In this document: one piece after another, positions 8,116 through 20,764 of the stretch
How the letters are laid out: the number at the start of each line of letters is the position of its first letter
How positions within the stretch are numbered: the stretch's first letter is position 1
Assembly (NCBI GenBank): GCA_000004695.1
Contig: CM000154.2
Coordinates: forward strand, 4,000,001 to 4,064,000
Direction: 5' to 3'
Source of the DNA: Dictyostelium discoideum
Taxonomy: Eukaryota
DNA: 64,000 nucleotides
Translations under genes and position numbers: made by a program
Notes under the pieces: model-generated
Told to the model about the DNA's origin: nothing
The model's input: only the letters and a program-made list of their open reading frames with translations
The model's database searches: none

Positions 8116-11078
8116 TTAAAGGAAGAATAATTTATCAGATAATTGAGGCGCAGCATCAGCGAAAACTGTTCTACCAATTAAAAATGCCATTTTGTGTGCA
8201 AATTGACAAGTTGCTGGAACACGAACTATAAATTTTAAATTTTAAAGTATTAATATATATATATCAAAATAAAGATTATTTATATTATTTAAATTTAATA
8301 TTAAAATATTAATAATTACCAGATTTTTCAAAGTTGAAATAAAGATGACACATTTGGAAAGTAAATAATTGAAATAAATCAGCAGGCATTTTTTGTTCAT
8401 CCAATAAAACGTGATAATGAGTTGGATTGACAGAACCATTGTTAGTTACTTGAGAGACTAAAAAGAAATCATACCAATTTGGATGGGTAATTTTTGAGTC
8501 AACCAAAGTACCAGCTGGAGGATTACCAATTGGATCAGCAGTAAATAAACGTGCATTTGTATTCTTTTTGACAATGACATACATTAACTTTGGTTTTATA
8601 CCCCAAGAAGATGGTGTTTCAGCAAAACCTTTTTTCATTGCAGCAATTTCAGATCTATTGACAAGATCTAACATACCATCACCAACACCATCACGATAAA
8701 CTATAACCAATTCTGGTAAACAATTATTGAAACTAAAATATTTTGACATTGCTTCTTTAGTTGCTTCTTCAAGAGAATCAATGATTTCTTTACCAGGACG
8801 CTTTTGAACAAAAGATCTTGAGAAATACTTTTGAAATTTATCATCGATAGTTGCAACGAATCCAACTACTGAATGACCTCTCATATCAGAGTTATGACCA
8901 ACATCGATACCAATGATCATTGTTTTCTTTGGAATGACACCATTGAATATTTGTTGATTGAGACCCCATGGTGCATAACCTAACTTTGCAATTACTTGTT
9001 GTTTTAATTTATTGGTTACTGATCTACCTTTATAAAAAGTCCTTGGGAAAATACATTGAGTTAAAACTTTAAATTGAACCAATGATTTTCTCTTTATCTC
9101 TTTATAGATTTCTGGTTGATTTTGTGGAATTAACATTAAAAAGAATTGAATACCATGTGTTTTAATTGCATTCTCCATGATATTAGAGTATTGAATTGGT
9201 CTTTTATCGCGTGGGTCTGTATAACAAATTGTTGTTGGTTGTGACATTCCAGTTTCATTTATGAAATTATAAAGATTGGTTTGGCAATCTCTTGTTCTCT
9301 CATATTCATCACGATCAACAACAAATGCCCATTTAATATTATTCAATTGACGTTTATTATCATTTGGTAAATTCTTTGGTGCACTTAAAACATAACCATC
9401 AACTTTTAAAGCTGGTTGATATGTAATTCCCCATGGTTCTAATGATTTTGAAACTTTTGGATTATTATTAATATCTGAAATAAAATTACTCAATGTTTGA
9501 TATCTTTGACTTGGATCAAAATTTGAATGTTTTGCTAATTCAGCCATAAGTTTAAAATTTTTACGCATCTAAATAATAGTATTTATATTAATATGTTTAA
9601 ATTAATTAATAAGAATAAAAAATAAAAAGAACAAACTTACATGATCACTTAATCCAGTTAAAAATGTTAATTCTGGAATTAAAAAGATAGTTTGTTTAAT
9701 ACCTCTGAATTTAACTTCAGATTTTAATAATGGTTGACGATAATCTGTAATTTTATGATTTGGATAATTTCTTTGATAATATTGTAAAAATGTTGTTGTA
9801 CCATCCATTTTATCATTAACTCCACTTGACCAAGAAATATTAGAGATACGATAGGTTTTATTATTATAACGAGTTAATACAATTGAATTTATAATTTCAT
9901 CAAAACATCTATCTTTGTCATATCTAAGGTATTTAATTCTATCTAATACAGTTTCAGATCTAACAACTTTTGAACTTGTATCTGCTAATAACATTGTACC
10001 AGATTCTGTTGAAACTACAGATGTACTAAAACCTTTCCAAACTTCAAGTAAATAATCTTCAAATTTAATTTTATTTATTGGTGAATAGTAATTTCTACCA
10101 ATAAGTGAAAATCCCATTTTTCTCATATTCTATATTTATAATAAAAAAAAAAAAAAATAAAAAATTATTAATTATTAAATTTAAAAGAAATAAAAAATAA
10201 AAAAACAAAAAAAATAAACTTACATTTTTTGTAATAATATTAAAAAATTGAGAATTAACAGATGATTTATCCCTATGGTTAACTTCTTTTACTTTTCTAA
10301 TAAATATTTGAACACCATCAATTGATTGTGAATTAATATTGATATTAATCGGAGAATATAAAATTGAATCACCATCATAGAAATAAAATTCTTTTGATAT
10401 GTTATTTAATGAAAGTAATTCTCTAATTAATTTACGTCTCTTGTCAAAAGTAACTTGTGGTGGATTAAAATCAATACGAAATTCTAGTGATTTCCTATCT
10501 GAAATAACAATTGGAAAGAAATTTGAAATTAAAGAAATTTGTTTACCTTGAACAGTTCTTGATTTTGCTGTAACAATTGCAACATTTTCAATGTCAGAAT
10601 CTTTAACCATATCTCTTCTTGAAATTCTTGGAACTAATAGATTTGTATTTGTTGTATTTGTTGTTGTAGTTGTTGTAGTTGTTGTTGTTGTTGTTGTTTC
10701 AGGTGTTTGAGGTTGTGTGATTGGTTTTACTTCTTGAAATTGTTCTTCAAGTGGGATACTGTTATTTTGTTTTCCCCAAGCATTTTGAGTTTGTCTTGGT
10801 TGGAAATATTGTTGTGGTTGTTGTGGTTGTTGTAGTTGTTGTTTTTGTTGTTGTGGTTGTTGTGGTTGTTGTGGTTGTTGTGGTTGTTGTTTTTGTTGTT
10901 GTTTTTGTTGTTGTTTTTTTTGTTGTGGTTGTTGTGGTTGTTGTTTTTGTTGTTGTTGCGGTGGTTGTTGTTGATAATTATTATTATTGGTTCTTTGTTT
11001 CAATGGTGATTGACTTCTATCAATTTCTTGATGAGATTTTGGTTCACCATTGAATCCTTTTTGTTTTTTTGGGATCAT
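8116..11078 (-). CDS. Argonaute/Piwi-family protein of about 900 aa: Q/T-rich N-terminus, PAZ, MID and PIWI domains. Four exons: 11078..10224, 10129..9641, 9568..8320, 8225..8116.
   Basis: PIWI motifs GIDVGH, VIVYRDGVGDG and PTHYHVLLDE..LFQLFTFQMCHLY align to human AGO2 (PSHYHVLWDD..LQILTYQLCHTY). The last exon encodes RVPATCQFAHKMAFLIGRT.., which corresponds to SIPAPAYYAHLVAFRAR. Introns of 94, 72 and 94 nt have GTAAGT/GTAATT...AG borders and preserve the frame. Confidence 0.8.
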
Positions 11079-11705
11079 TTTAATTTGGAAATATTAAAAT
11101 ATTAATTAATGAAAATATTATGTATTTGTTTAAAAGATAAATAGGTATTTAAAAAATTTATATTGTTATAGCAAAAAAAAAAAAAAAAAAAAAAAATAAA
11201 ATTAAAATATTATTTTAATTAAAAAAAAAAAAAAAATGGGTTAGGAATTTGTGAGAAAAAAATAATAAATAAATAAAAAGAAAATATTATTTTAATTAAA
11301 AAAAAAAAACAAAAATACAAAATAAAATAAAATTTAAATTAAAAATAAAAAAATAAATAAAAAAAAAAAATGTGAAAAGATTTAACCACTTAAAAAAAAA
11401 ATTTCCAAAAAAATATCTTGTTTGACAACATTAATTTTAAAAAAAAAAAAATAATAATAATTCCAAGCCCAAAATGCTTAAAAGATTAAGTTTGTAAAAT
11501 ATCTTCTAAAACCATTAAAAAAATAAGGATTTGATTAATTTTTTTTAAAAAAAAAAATTTTAAATTTAAACAAGTTATTATTTTTGTTTCCAAAACTGAT
11601 GATATTTTAAAAAAAGATTTTTTTTTTTTTTTTTTATTATTTGATTATTTATATTTTTTTTTTTTTTTTTTTTATAAATTTTTATTTATATTATTACAAA
11701 ATTAA

Positions 11706-12887
11706 TTATGAATTAATTTTTTGAATACTACTTGAATCGATATCAATATTAGAATTATTAATATTATCATTTTTTGGATATTTACCTTCAACACCCATTT
11801 TATACATTTCATAATTTTTTAATTTAATTTGATCATAATGATATGTAATACATTCATGTGCTTGAGTATCAAGCCAACCACCTTTATCTTTAATCAATAA
11901 TCTTGTAATAACTCTTGAACAAATTGCACCAACTATTGTAATCAAAACTGTAATATATGAACCAATGTCTGAAAGAATTCTAATTGCAAGTTCAAAATTT
12001 GATTCAGTTTTTTCTGTTATCACTGCAACATCATTAAAATAAATTGAATAAGATAAAGTAAATGCTCTTGCAACACTTTGTTTAATTTGCCTTGAGTTAC
12101 TAGTTGCAACAGAATTAATAAACACTTCTTTTTCATCACCAAATGTTTTTATTATTTTTTTTGATGTTCCCAATGTAAATTGTTGTGATGAATCTGAATA
12201 ATATTTATCATCTCCAAACCATACGGAAATTGGGAAAGATGGAACTCCAAGATCAAAATAACCAGCAACTACATTTATCTAAAAAATTTATTTTATAAAA
12301 TTTTCATTATTATTATTTTATTTATTATTATTTATTTTTTATTATTTTTAAAAATAAATATTTTACCTCTAAAAACTCTTTTTCTCCCAAAGCCATTTCA
12401 TCAGTTGAATAATAACCAACGAAATCTGGTGATATTAAAACAAAGGTGGAATTAATTGCATATGCACAATCAAGATCCCCAACTAGTAATTTATTATTAT
12501 TAACACAATTTACCAATTGCTCCATAACATAATTACCCTTTTCATCGTAATAATATCTATTAAAAATTACAGAATATAAAAAAAATAATGAAATTTCATA
12601 GGTATTAAAAATAACATAAAAATGAGGAGGCTATAAATTTATTAGTATTTTTTTTTTTTTTTTTTTTTAAAATAATAACAAAAAAATGATTTAAAACCCA
12701 CATTTATTTTTTCTTGATAATCTGCAGTTATTGAAACAACTCTATTTGTTATATTCCTTTCAATGATAAAGTAACAAATTACAGTAAAACTTAAAACCAA
12801 GAGAATATGTTCAAAAATTTTTATTCTATATTTTTTTAAGCTTACTTTATCATCATTTGGAATACCAAAAATTCTATTGAACACCAT
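11706..12887 (-). CDS. Two-TM membrane protein of about 315 aa, a paralogue of the divergent neighbour at 13215..15500. Three exons: approx 12887..12703, approx 12551..12367, 12278..11706.
   Basis: N-terminal TM (HILLVLSFTVICYFII), an ecto region, a second TM and the motif LLIKDKGGWLDTQAHECITYHYDQ shared with the neighbour. The intron after ..EKEFLE|INVV is at the same position as the neighbour's ..EKEYFN|INIG. The exon1/exon2 junction phases do not match with canonical GT..AG sites, which suggests a sequence error or pseudogenisation. Confidence 0.5.
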
Positions 12888-13214
12888 TTTATAATATTTT
12901 TATTTATAATTTTGATGTCTTAAAAATTTATTTTAAGTAAAAAAAAAAAAAAAAAAAAAAAAAATTAAATCAAAAAAAAAAAAAAAAAAAAGAAAAAAAA
13001 ATTAAAATATCTTTGTAAAGAGAGTATTCATAATTTTTTCAAGTTGATGAAAACTTAAAAAAAAAAAAAAAAAAAATTTTAAAATAAATTTACAAAGATA
13101 TTTTTAGAAGATCAATTTTGTTATTTTTTTTTTTTTGATTAACGCATTTTTAATTTTTTTTTTTTTTTTTTTTTTAATTTTTTTTTTTTTTATATAAACA
13201 AAATAAAAAATACA

Positions 13215-13434
13215 ATGGGTAGATTTCTTACAAATTATTATAATAAAGTTTTTAATTCACCTAAAAATTTCGACGATATATCTTCAAAAAAAACAAGAAA
13301 CTTTTTAATGTTGTTATGTTTTTTGGGTATAATTCTTTGGATTATTATTATTATTGTAGTAGTAAAAGATTCATTAAATAGATTAACTTTTATGACCAAT
13401 GAAATTGAAAATCAAATTATTGTAAAATTAATAA

Positions 13435-13478
<44 letters not shown>

Positions 13479-15500
13479 CCTAATATTTTATTTATTACAA
13501 ATAGATTCCAAATTTAATTTTTACATTTTATAAAAATGTTTCACAATATGCAATTAATTCTCCTTCAGGTGAAGTTATTCCAAGTAATATAGAATTTTCA
13601 AATGGTTATTTTTGCCAAATTCCAGAAAATTCCATAATTGAAAATTGTACTAATACGGATTTGTTAGCTATTGATAAACAATTTGATCCCATTAGAAATG
13701 AAATTTATGTAAAGAATTTTAATCTAACATTTGAAAAAGAATATTTTAATGTAAGTCATTAAAATCTAATATTTTAAAAAAAAAAAAAAAAAAAAATAAA
13801 TAAATAATAATAAAAATTATAAAATTTATATTTAGATTAATATTGGACAAGATTTAAAGAAATACAATGAATCATCGCCTTATGATACTTCTTTTACAAC
13901 ATTTGGAATGAATATTAATAGTTACAATTTCTTTTTGAATGGTCCAATCGATTTACAAGTAATGATAAAGAAAACAAAAAGAATTGATAGACATCAAGAA
14001 GAGACAATGAATTTTATTCCAAGTGTATTGGGTGCTGGAGAAAAAAGTAGCACATGTCCTGATTTCGGTGATAGAAGTAGAGGTTATCTTAATTGTTCAA
14101 CTGTATCGGTATCAATTGTTTATGAGTCTAATATTGTCCCAACTTATAGAGAAGAAACAAATATACAATTATTTAAAAGAATATTAAAAGATATATTTTC
14201 AATTGGTAAATTGATATTGACCTTGATGGGATTAATAATTATTTATTATCAAACAAAGTTTTTATTTAAAGATCAAACAGCTTGGTTTGATAATGATGTA
14301 AGAGATGCAGTTTTATTTCATTTCAATTACCATGAATTGGATCCAGCCGATGATGAGGAAAAACCACCAGGTTTCTTTGCAAGACAATTATCTAAAATAA
14401 AATCTTTTTTTTCTAAAATAATATCTGCAATCAAATATGTAGCCTGTTGTTGCTATCGTTGCCGTAGTAAACCAGTTCCAAAACCACCAAAAACCTTAAC
14501 AAGACAAGAAAAGATTGCAAAGGAAACCAAAGGATCAGGTTGTCCAATATTAAGATTGTTTCAAGGTATTCCAAATCAAGATAAGTATAGTGGTTCAATT
14601 AGTTTAATTAATTCGATAAAATGGCTTTTGTTGGCTATTGTTGTAATTATATATGGTGTTTTCATTGCTATTCAAGATTCTAATAATAGATTAATTATTT
14701 TAAAGTTGGATAATCTTGATAAATTAGAAATTCCTGCAATTCAATTTAACTATACTGGAGACAATTTCTGGTTAAAAAATTATCATGAATATTTACCATT
14801 TGGTCAAAGAAAGTTTTGTGGTATTAATAACACTGAACCAATTTATAATATCAAAAAATGTACATCCACCAATGGATTCCCAAATCAAACTCTAACTCTT
14901 AACGGTGATCATTTAACAAACTTGGAAATTAAAAATGATACAATACAATTAAAAGAAAATCAATACTATGGATTCATTATTGAATCATCTGTTGCACTTT
15001 GGGATTTTTTCCCATCATTTGAACATGTTCATATTACAATGAACATAAATGGTATAGAGTATTACTTAAGACCATTTTCAAATAATACAATTCATTTAGA
15101 GAAAAATGTCTATCATTATAGTAATGGTACTTCAATCACCTCTTATAATCCTAGAATTTTTCAAGCACAAGATGAAATTAATTATCTTGGTAAAAATGCA
15201 AATTATACTTATTATTATGGTAACACCACTGTAAACTTTTTCTATTCCTCATCAAGTATTAAACATACATTTATTGAAGGTAAAACTGATTTAAGATTCA
15301 GAATTGTTTCTGATATTCTTGCATTTTTGACCCCTGTCAAAATTTTCTTTACTAATTTCTTTACATACTTGGTCATTCGTTTCGCTAATAAATATTCAAC
15401 CGCCCATGTTGATTCATCAATAAGAGAAGCAATTCTTTACCATATGAGATATTATGAAAAATATTCAAAAAAATTTAAAAAAACTGGAAAAAGTGTTTAA
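13215..15500 (+). CDS. Four-TM membrane protein of about 660 aa made of two tandem copies of the module found in the divergent neighbour. Three exons: 13215..13421, 13505..13750, 13836..15500.
   Basis: Exons joined at ..ENQII|IPNLIF.. and ..EKEYFN|INIGQD.. (GTAAAA and GTAAGT donors, phase 0). Module 1 has a TM, an ecto domain rich in N-glycosylation sequons and Cys, a TM, then FLFKDQTAWFDNDVRDAVLFHFNYHE. A Cys cluster (CCCYRCR) follows. Module 2 has a TM, an ecto domain, a TM and ..REAILYHMRYYEKY. Confidence 0.6.
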
Positions 15501-15566
15501 ATAAAATAATAAAAAAACCACACACCAAATATAATAAAATAAAATATAAATAATTTTTTATTATTT

Positions 15567-16572
15567 TTAAAGAATTAATTCCATTTCAAATTGCGAAACC
15601 CAAAAATCTAAACCAATTCTTTTATTAAAGAAATTTTTTAAATTTTCATAACCTTCTTCAATATTTGAAGCATTGAAATTAATCGATTGGAATTCATTTG
15701 ACATTGTATAAAATAATTTAGTTGCTACATTTTTATTTCTAAATGTTGGTGTTACATAAACTTGTCTAATTCTTTGGCTTTGAGAATGGATTGATAAAAA
15801 CCCAATAATTTTATTTGTTTTATTATCTTTTGCAATCCAAATTTTATTAAATCCCATACTAAACTCTCTTTGAATCACTTGATTTGTGTTTGACCAAGAT
15901 GGGTTCATTCTTGGTTGTTGTTGTTGTGGATCATCATTTTCAATGAAATTAATAATATCTTCTGTTAAATTTTCAACTTTTTCAATTATAATATCATTTT
16001 CATTGTTACTATTTAAATATTTTAATAATGAATCTCTATTTAAATCACCTTTATATGAATGTAATTCTCTTGTAATTTTAAATCCACAATTTTCATAAAC
16101 TTTAATTGCACGTGGATTGGTTTGAATAACTTCTAATACTATACTTTTAATACCATTCTCTTTAAAGGTTGATTTCATTTGAGAAATGGATTTCTCAATT
16201 AATTTATTACCTCTTGCTGTTGGAATAACTCCTGTTGCTGAATTATATAATTTTGTTGGATTTTTAAAATTATCTGGTGCAAGTAAAACAAATCCTTCCA
16301 ATTTATTTTCATCATTCTCATTATATATACCTATAGAATGATCCATTGATATACCATCTCCTTGAATTTTTTGTGATAATGATTCTTCCGTTAAAACAAA
16401 TTTAATCACATAATCTGAAAATGAAAAATTAAATACATCTAAAAAAAAACATAACAATAAAATAAATATTTGGAAATTTTAATTTTATAAGAAAAAATTA
16501 ATTTAATTATTAATTAATACCTGTTAATTCTTTTAAATTAAAGTTTGGTCCAATTATTTTAATTGTTTTCAT
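15567..16572 (-). CDS. GNAT-family N-acetyltransferase (tandem GNAT folds). Two exons: 16572..16521 and 16438..15567.
   Basis: Acetyl-CoA motif VIPTARGNKLIEKS..VYENCGFK. Exon 1 (MKTIKIIGPNFNLKELT) joins via GTATTA..TTTAG, phase 1. Confidence 0.65.
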
Positions 16573-16902
16573 TGTTGAGTTTATATTAATATAAAATTGT
16601 TTAAAAAAAAAATAAAAAATAAAAAATAAAAAAAAAAAAAAAAATAAAAAACGAAAAAATCGTTGTTTTTTTGATTCTGAGAAAAAAAACATAAAAATTT
16701 AATTTTGGAAAAAGGAACATTGTTTGCATTGTAGTAAACAATTTTTATTTGAAAATTCATTTGACCCAACAGGAATTAAAAAAAAAAAAAAAACCAAAAT
16801 AATTTAGCATAATGGGTTTAACAAAAAATTAAAACAGTTTTTTTTTTTTGGATATTTAATCGGTTAAAATCCAAATCCCTTAAAAATTAATATGTACCAT
16901 GG

Positions 16903-16945
<43 letters not shown>

Positions 16946-17006
16946 CAAAACAATTAAAAAATATAAAAAAATGGTTTATTTCCCAATACCCATATAAATT
17001 ATTAAA

Positions 17007-17336
17007 ATGCCACAAGAGAAACTACTTGGTTTGATACCAAAAATTATTTTTAATGATAATTATGAATCAAAACTTATTATAAATGGATCTTCTTTAAAAA
17101 CAATGTCAAAAGAAGATATAAATGATTTGTTAATAAAATTAATTAAAATAAATGAAATTATGGATGAAATAATATTAACAATTAATAAAGATACAACAAA
17201 TCATTTTAATTTAATTCAAGAAAATAGAGAACAATTAGAAAATGTTACTAAAGAACTTTGGGTCATCAAAAATGACGAAAAAGAGAATCAACAAAACCCT
17301 TTTAAGAGATCATGGCTTGGTCGTGTTATTTTTTAA
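17007..17336 (+). CDS. Hypothetical 109-aa coiled-coil protein, possibly KxDL/BLOC-1-like.
   Basis: Clean ORF of non-low-complexity sequence in an AT-rich region. Function unknown. Confidence 0.35.
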   Translation: MPQEKLLGLIPKIIFNDNYESKLIINGSSLKTMSKEDINDLLIKLIKINEIMDEIILTINKDTTNHFNLIQENREQLENVTKELWVIKNDEKENQQNPFKRSWLGRVIF

Positions 17337-17533
17337 AAAAATTAAAAGTAAAATATAATAATCATAATGCTTTCAATCATTTAAATAATAAAAAAATGAT
17401 TATTTTTTTAAATTTTTTTATCTTTTTTAAAGACCATTAATTCAAATTAAAATATAATAATTATGATTTTAATCATTTGAAATTAAAAAAATGGCCTAGT
17501 TCATTTTTATTTAAATTTTTTTTGAGATTTATT

Positions 17534-17936
17534 TTAATTTTCTTTATTAGCAATTAATTCTAATTGCTCGTGATATATAAAAAATAAACAAATTGAACTA
17601 TAAAAATTTTCAGTTTCTATATTTCCAATACAAAATGAAGAATTGAGTGGGAATTTTGAAAAGGTTTCAAAATAATCAATTTCAAAAATACGGAAATTGA
17701 TGTTTGACTTTTTATCCAAATTTGGACATTTTATTTCAAATAATTTATTATCGATCCTAAAAAAATATGACCCTTTGAGTTCTACTCTTTTTGAACTAGT
17801 TTGTTCTGATCTTGGATCGCAATACAAAAAATCATCTTTAATTGTAATTTAAATATAATTTCTACTATAAAACGCAGCCACTTTAATTTCATACGATACT
17901 TTTTCATGTCCAGTCATAATATAAGTAAACTATAAA
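17534..17936 (-). pseudogene. Interrupted ORF (MTGHEKVSYEIKVAAFYSRNYI*ITIKDDFLYCDPRSEQ...): a pseudogene or a gene with a sequencing error. A degenerate related fragment lies at about 18300..18600.
   Basis: In-frame TAA with no plausible intron (the candidate GT..AG is only 30 nt). Confidence 0.25.
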
Positions 17937-17972
17937 TTTATTATAATTTTAATATTTATTTTGTCATTGTTT

Positions 17973-18009
<37 letters not shown>

Positions 18010-19199
18010 GTTTTTTTTTTTTTTTTTACTATTATTTTTGATTAATATTTACAATTTATTTTTTTATTTAATAAAAGTAATGATTGAAAAAATTATTTTT
18101 TATTATTTTATATAGTTTCTAATGTTAATTTTCAATTTTTTGTTGACTGTTTTTGGAAACAGATTGTGGAGGTATAACTAAAATAGGCAATTTTTGGGAT
18201 AGTTAAAGATTATTACTATAAATCAATAAGATTTGAATTACTCTTATTATTTGATTTGAATTTGGTAAATTTATATTATCATTTTATTATGTTTTAAATT
18301 CAATTGCTAATATAACCCATTAGTATTCTTTAAATGCCCATCATTTATTTCAAATTGACCACCTTGTAATAATTTAAAATGTTCATATGATTCTTTGAAT
18401 TGTGTAATATAATGTTAAACCATCAGCACTGGTATATGAAAATAGATTCACACAATTTTTATTTAATTTTGGTCCTGTATGTTTTGATTTTAATTTCGAT
18501 TTTTGTGAAGTATTTTTTTTAACTTTTTTATAAACTCGAGTTGAGTAATTGGTTTAAATCAAACAATTGGACTCTATTTCTTTTTGATAATTTGATTGAT
18601 CTTCTTGTTACAATTTTATCCATGTTTTTCCTTTTTTTTTTTTTTTTTTTTTAATTAATTAATATTTATATCTTTAAATTATTTGTTTTTAATAGTGAAA
18701 AAAAAAAAAAAAAACAACATTTTTGCTTTTATAACAACAGCGCAAATAAAAATAAAAATAAAAATAAAAATAAAAAAAAAATATTTTTTGTCTTACTGTT
18801 ACAATCAAATTTCAATCGAGATTAATTTTTTAATATAAAATTAGTTTTTGTGGAAAAGAAATATTAATAAGAAAATAATTAAATAAATAATTATATAAAT
18901 AAATGATTAAATAAATAAATAAAAAAAGTTGAATATTTATATTTATTTATGTTTTTTTAATTTTGTTTATTCATTTATTTTTTTTTATTTATTTACCATA
19001 AAAAAGATAAAAAAAAATTTAAACAATAACACATAAAAATATAATGTTTTTTAATTACTCTAAAAAAAAAAAAAAAAAATCAAAAAAAATGAAATTAGAT
19101 ATTTTTTAGTGTTTTTTTTTTTTTTTTAAAGATTTTTTTTTTTGGTATCCGAGTCTTTTTTTTTAATTTTTTTTTTTTTTTTTTTAATTTTATTACACA

Positions 19200-20229
19200 A
19201 TGAAATCATTAGCATTATTGTTATCGTTATTAATCAATTTTTCTATTGGTAGTTATATAAATTTCATCCCATATGATAATTCAGATTGCACTGGAGCAAT
19301 CAACGGGGGAGGTTGGTCTATTTTGGAGTATGCTTGTTTTTCAATCGATGTCAGATACAATTACCAATTTACAACCCATACTTTAAATGGTGAAGGATTT
19401 GTTCAATGGGTAAGATATAAAATACTAATAATAAAAAAAAATAAAAAAAAAAAATAATTAATAAAAAAATAAAACTAATCTTGAAAAAAAAAAAAAAACA
19501 ATAAATAAAAAGACTCAATTCCCAAGAGTTGTAGGAAAAACACAATGTTTTTATCAAGACTTACCAATAAGTAATGCATCAATTGGATCATGTTATAAGA
19601 ATAACCCTCTATCAACATTTGATATCTTTCGTTCATTACCATCAAATCAATATTATTTAATTTCAGTTACAAGTGAACCATTTTACCCAACTAATCAAGC
19701 AGGTATGATTGTTTTACAATATATGGGTAATGGTGAATGTTCAAATGATAATGTAGAAATAATGCAATATTTTACAAATAACACTCAAAGTGAAGATGGT
19801 ATAACTGGTATTCAAATGAAATGGTATTGTAATGATGAAAATGAACCATATGAAACTCAATGTTTTAATGGAAAGAACTGTTTTGATATGCCACAACAAT
19901 ACAAATGTTCACCAACTCATCCATTCTTCAATACATCCGATGAAATTTCAGGTGGTACTGGTGCTGGTGATTATTCAGGTACTGGTTCAGGAAGTAGTAG
20001 TGGTAATAGTGGTACTAGCGATGGAGGTAGCAGTGGTTCTGGTTCTGGTTCTGGAAGTGGTGCATTTATCTCTATCATTGATCAAAATGATAAAAATAAT
20101 AACAAAAATAATAACAAAAACAAAAACAATAATAATAATAATAATAATTACAACCAATATGAAAAATCAACTGGAGATGGTGGTATAACTAAACCTCATG
20201 ATAATTATATATCCTCATTTTGTACTTGA
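19200..20229 (+). CDS. Secreted cysteine-rich protein of about 309 aa with G/S-rich and poly-N C-terminal tracts. Two exons: 19200..19409 and 19513..20229.
   Basis: Signal peptide MKSLALLLSLLINFSIG. The GTAAGA..AAAAG intron joins ..GFVQW|TQFPRVVGKTQCFYQD.. in frame. About 14 Cys residues. Confidence 0.55.
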
Positions 20230-20335
20230 TAAAATAAAAATATTTATTTTTCAAAAGATCATTAAAATTATTATTATTATTATTTTTTTTTTTAAACAAA
20301 TTTATTTTTGGAATTTATTTATTTATTTTTAAAAT

Positions 20336-20733
20336 TTATTTTTTCATATCACCAGTAGCAGCTTCTAAAAGGATAATTGTATCACCATCTTGATCATCAT
20401 TTCTAATTTGTTTTTTGTTTACAATTGGAACTTGGAAAGTATGGAAATAATCTAAACCCATATAGGTATCTGAATATAATTTAACATTATAGTTTGTAGA
20501 GGATTGGAATGGAGCTTTTGGAATTTTAAAGTTTGCAGTAACTGAATTTGAAATCATTTGTGGTACTCTCTTAAATCCAATCATTTGTTCTTTTTCATCT
20601 GTTAAAACCATAATCCAACCTTCATCTTTATCTTTACTATAAAGTGGTGCAAATGCATGACCATTTGAGAATTTCTTATTCTCTCTTGTAACTTTAATTT
20701 TAATATTAAATTCTTGACCTGAATAAACTATTG

Positions 20734-20764
<31 letters not shown>

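Noticed and set aside
10721-11053. Plus-strand ORF encoding poly-Val.
   Set aside because: Antisense of the Thr/Gln-rich N-terminus of the Argonaute gene (ACA/ACT repeats).
16510-16770. ORFs 16510..16692 and 16581..16769 (minus).
   Set aside because: Only the first 17 codons of 16510..16692 are used, as exon 1 of the GNAT gene. The remainder is A/T low-complexity upstream sequence.
19832-20188. Plus-strand ORF overlapping the secreted-protein gene in another frame.
   Set aside because: An alternative frame through the G/S-rich GGT/AGT repeat. The in-frame exon 2 reading has the signal-peptide-linked, Cys-containing sequence.
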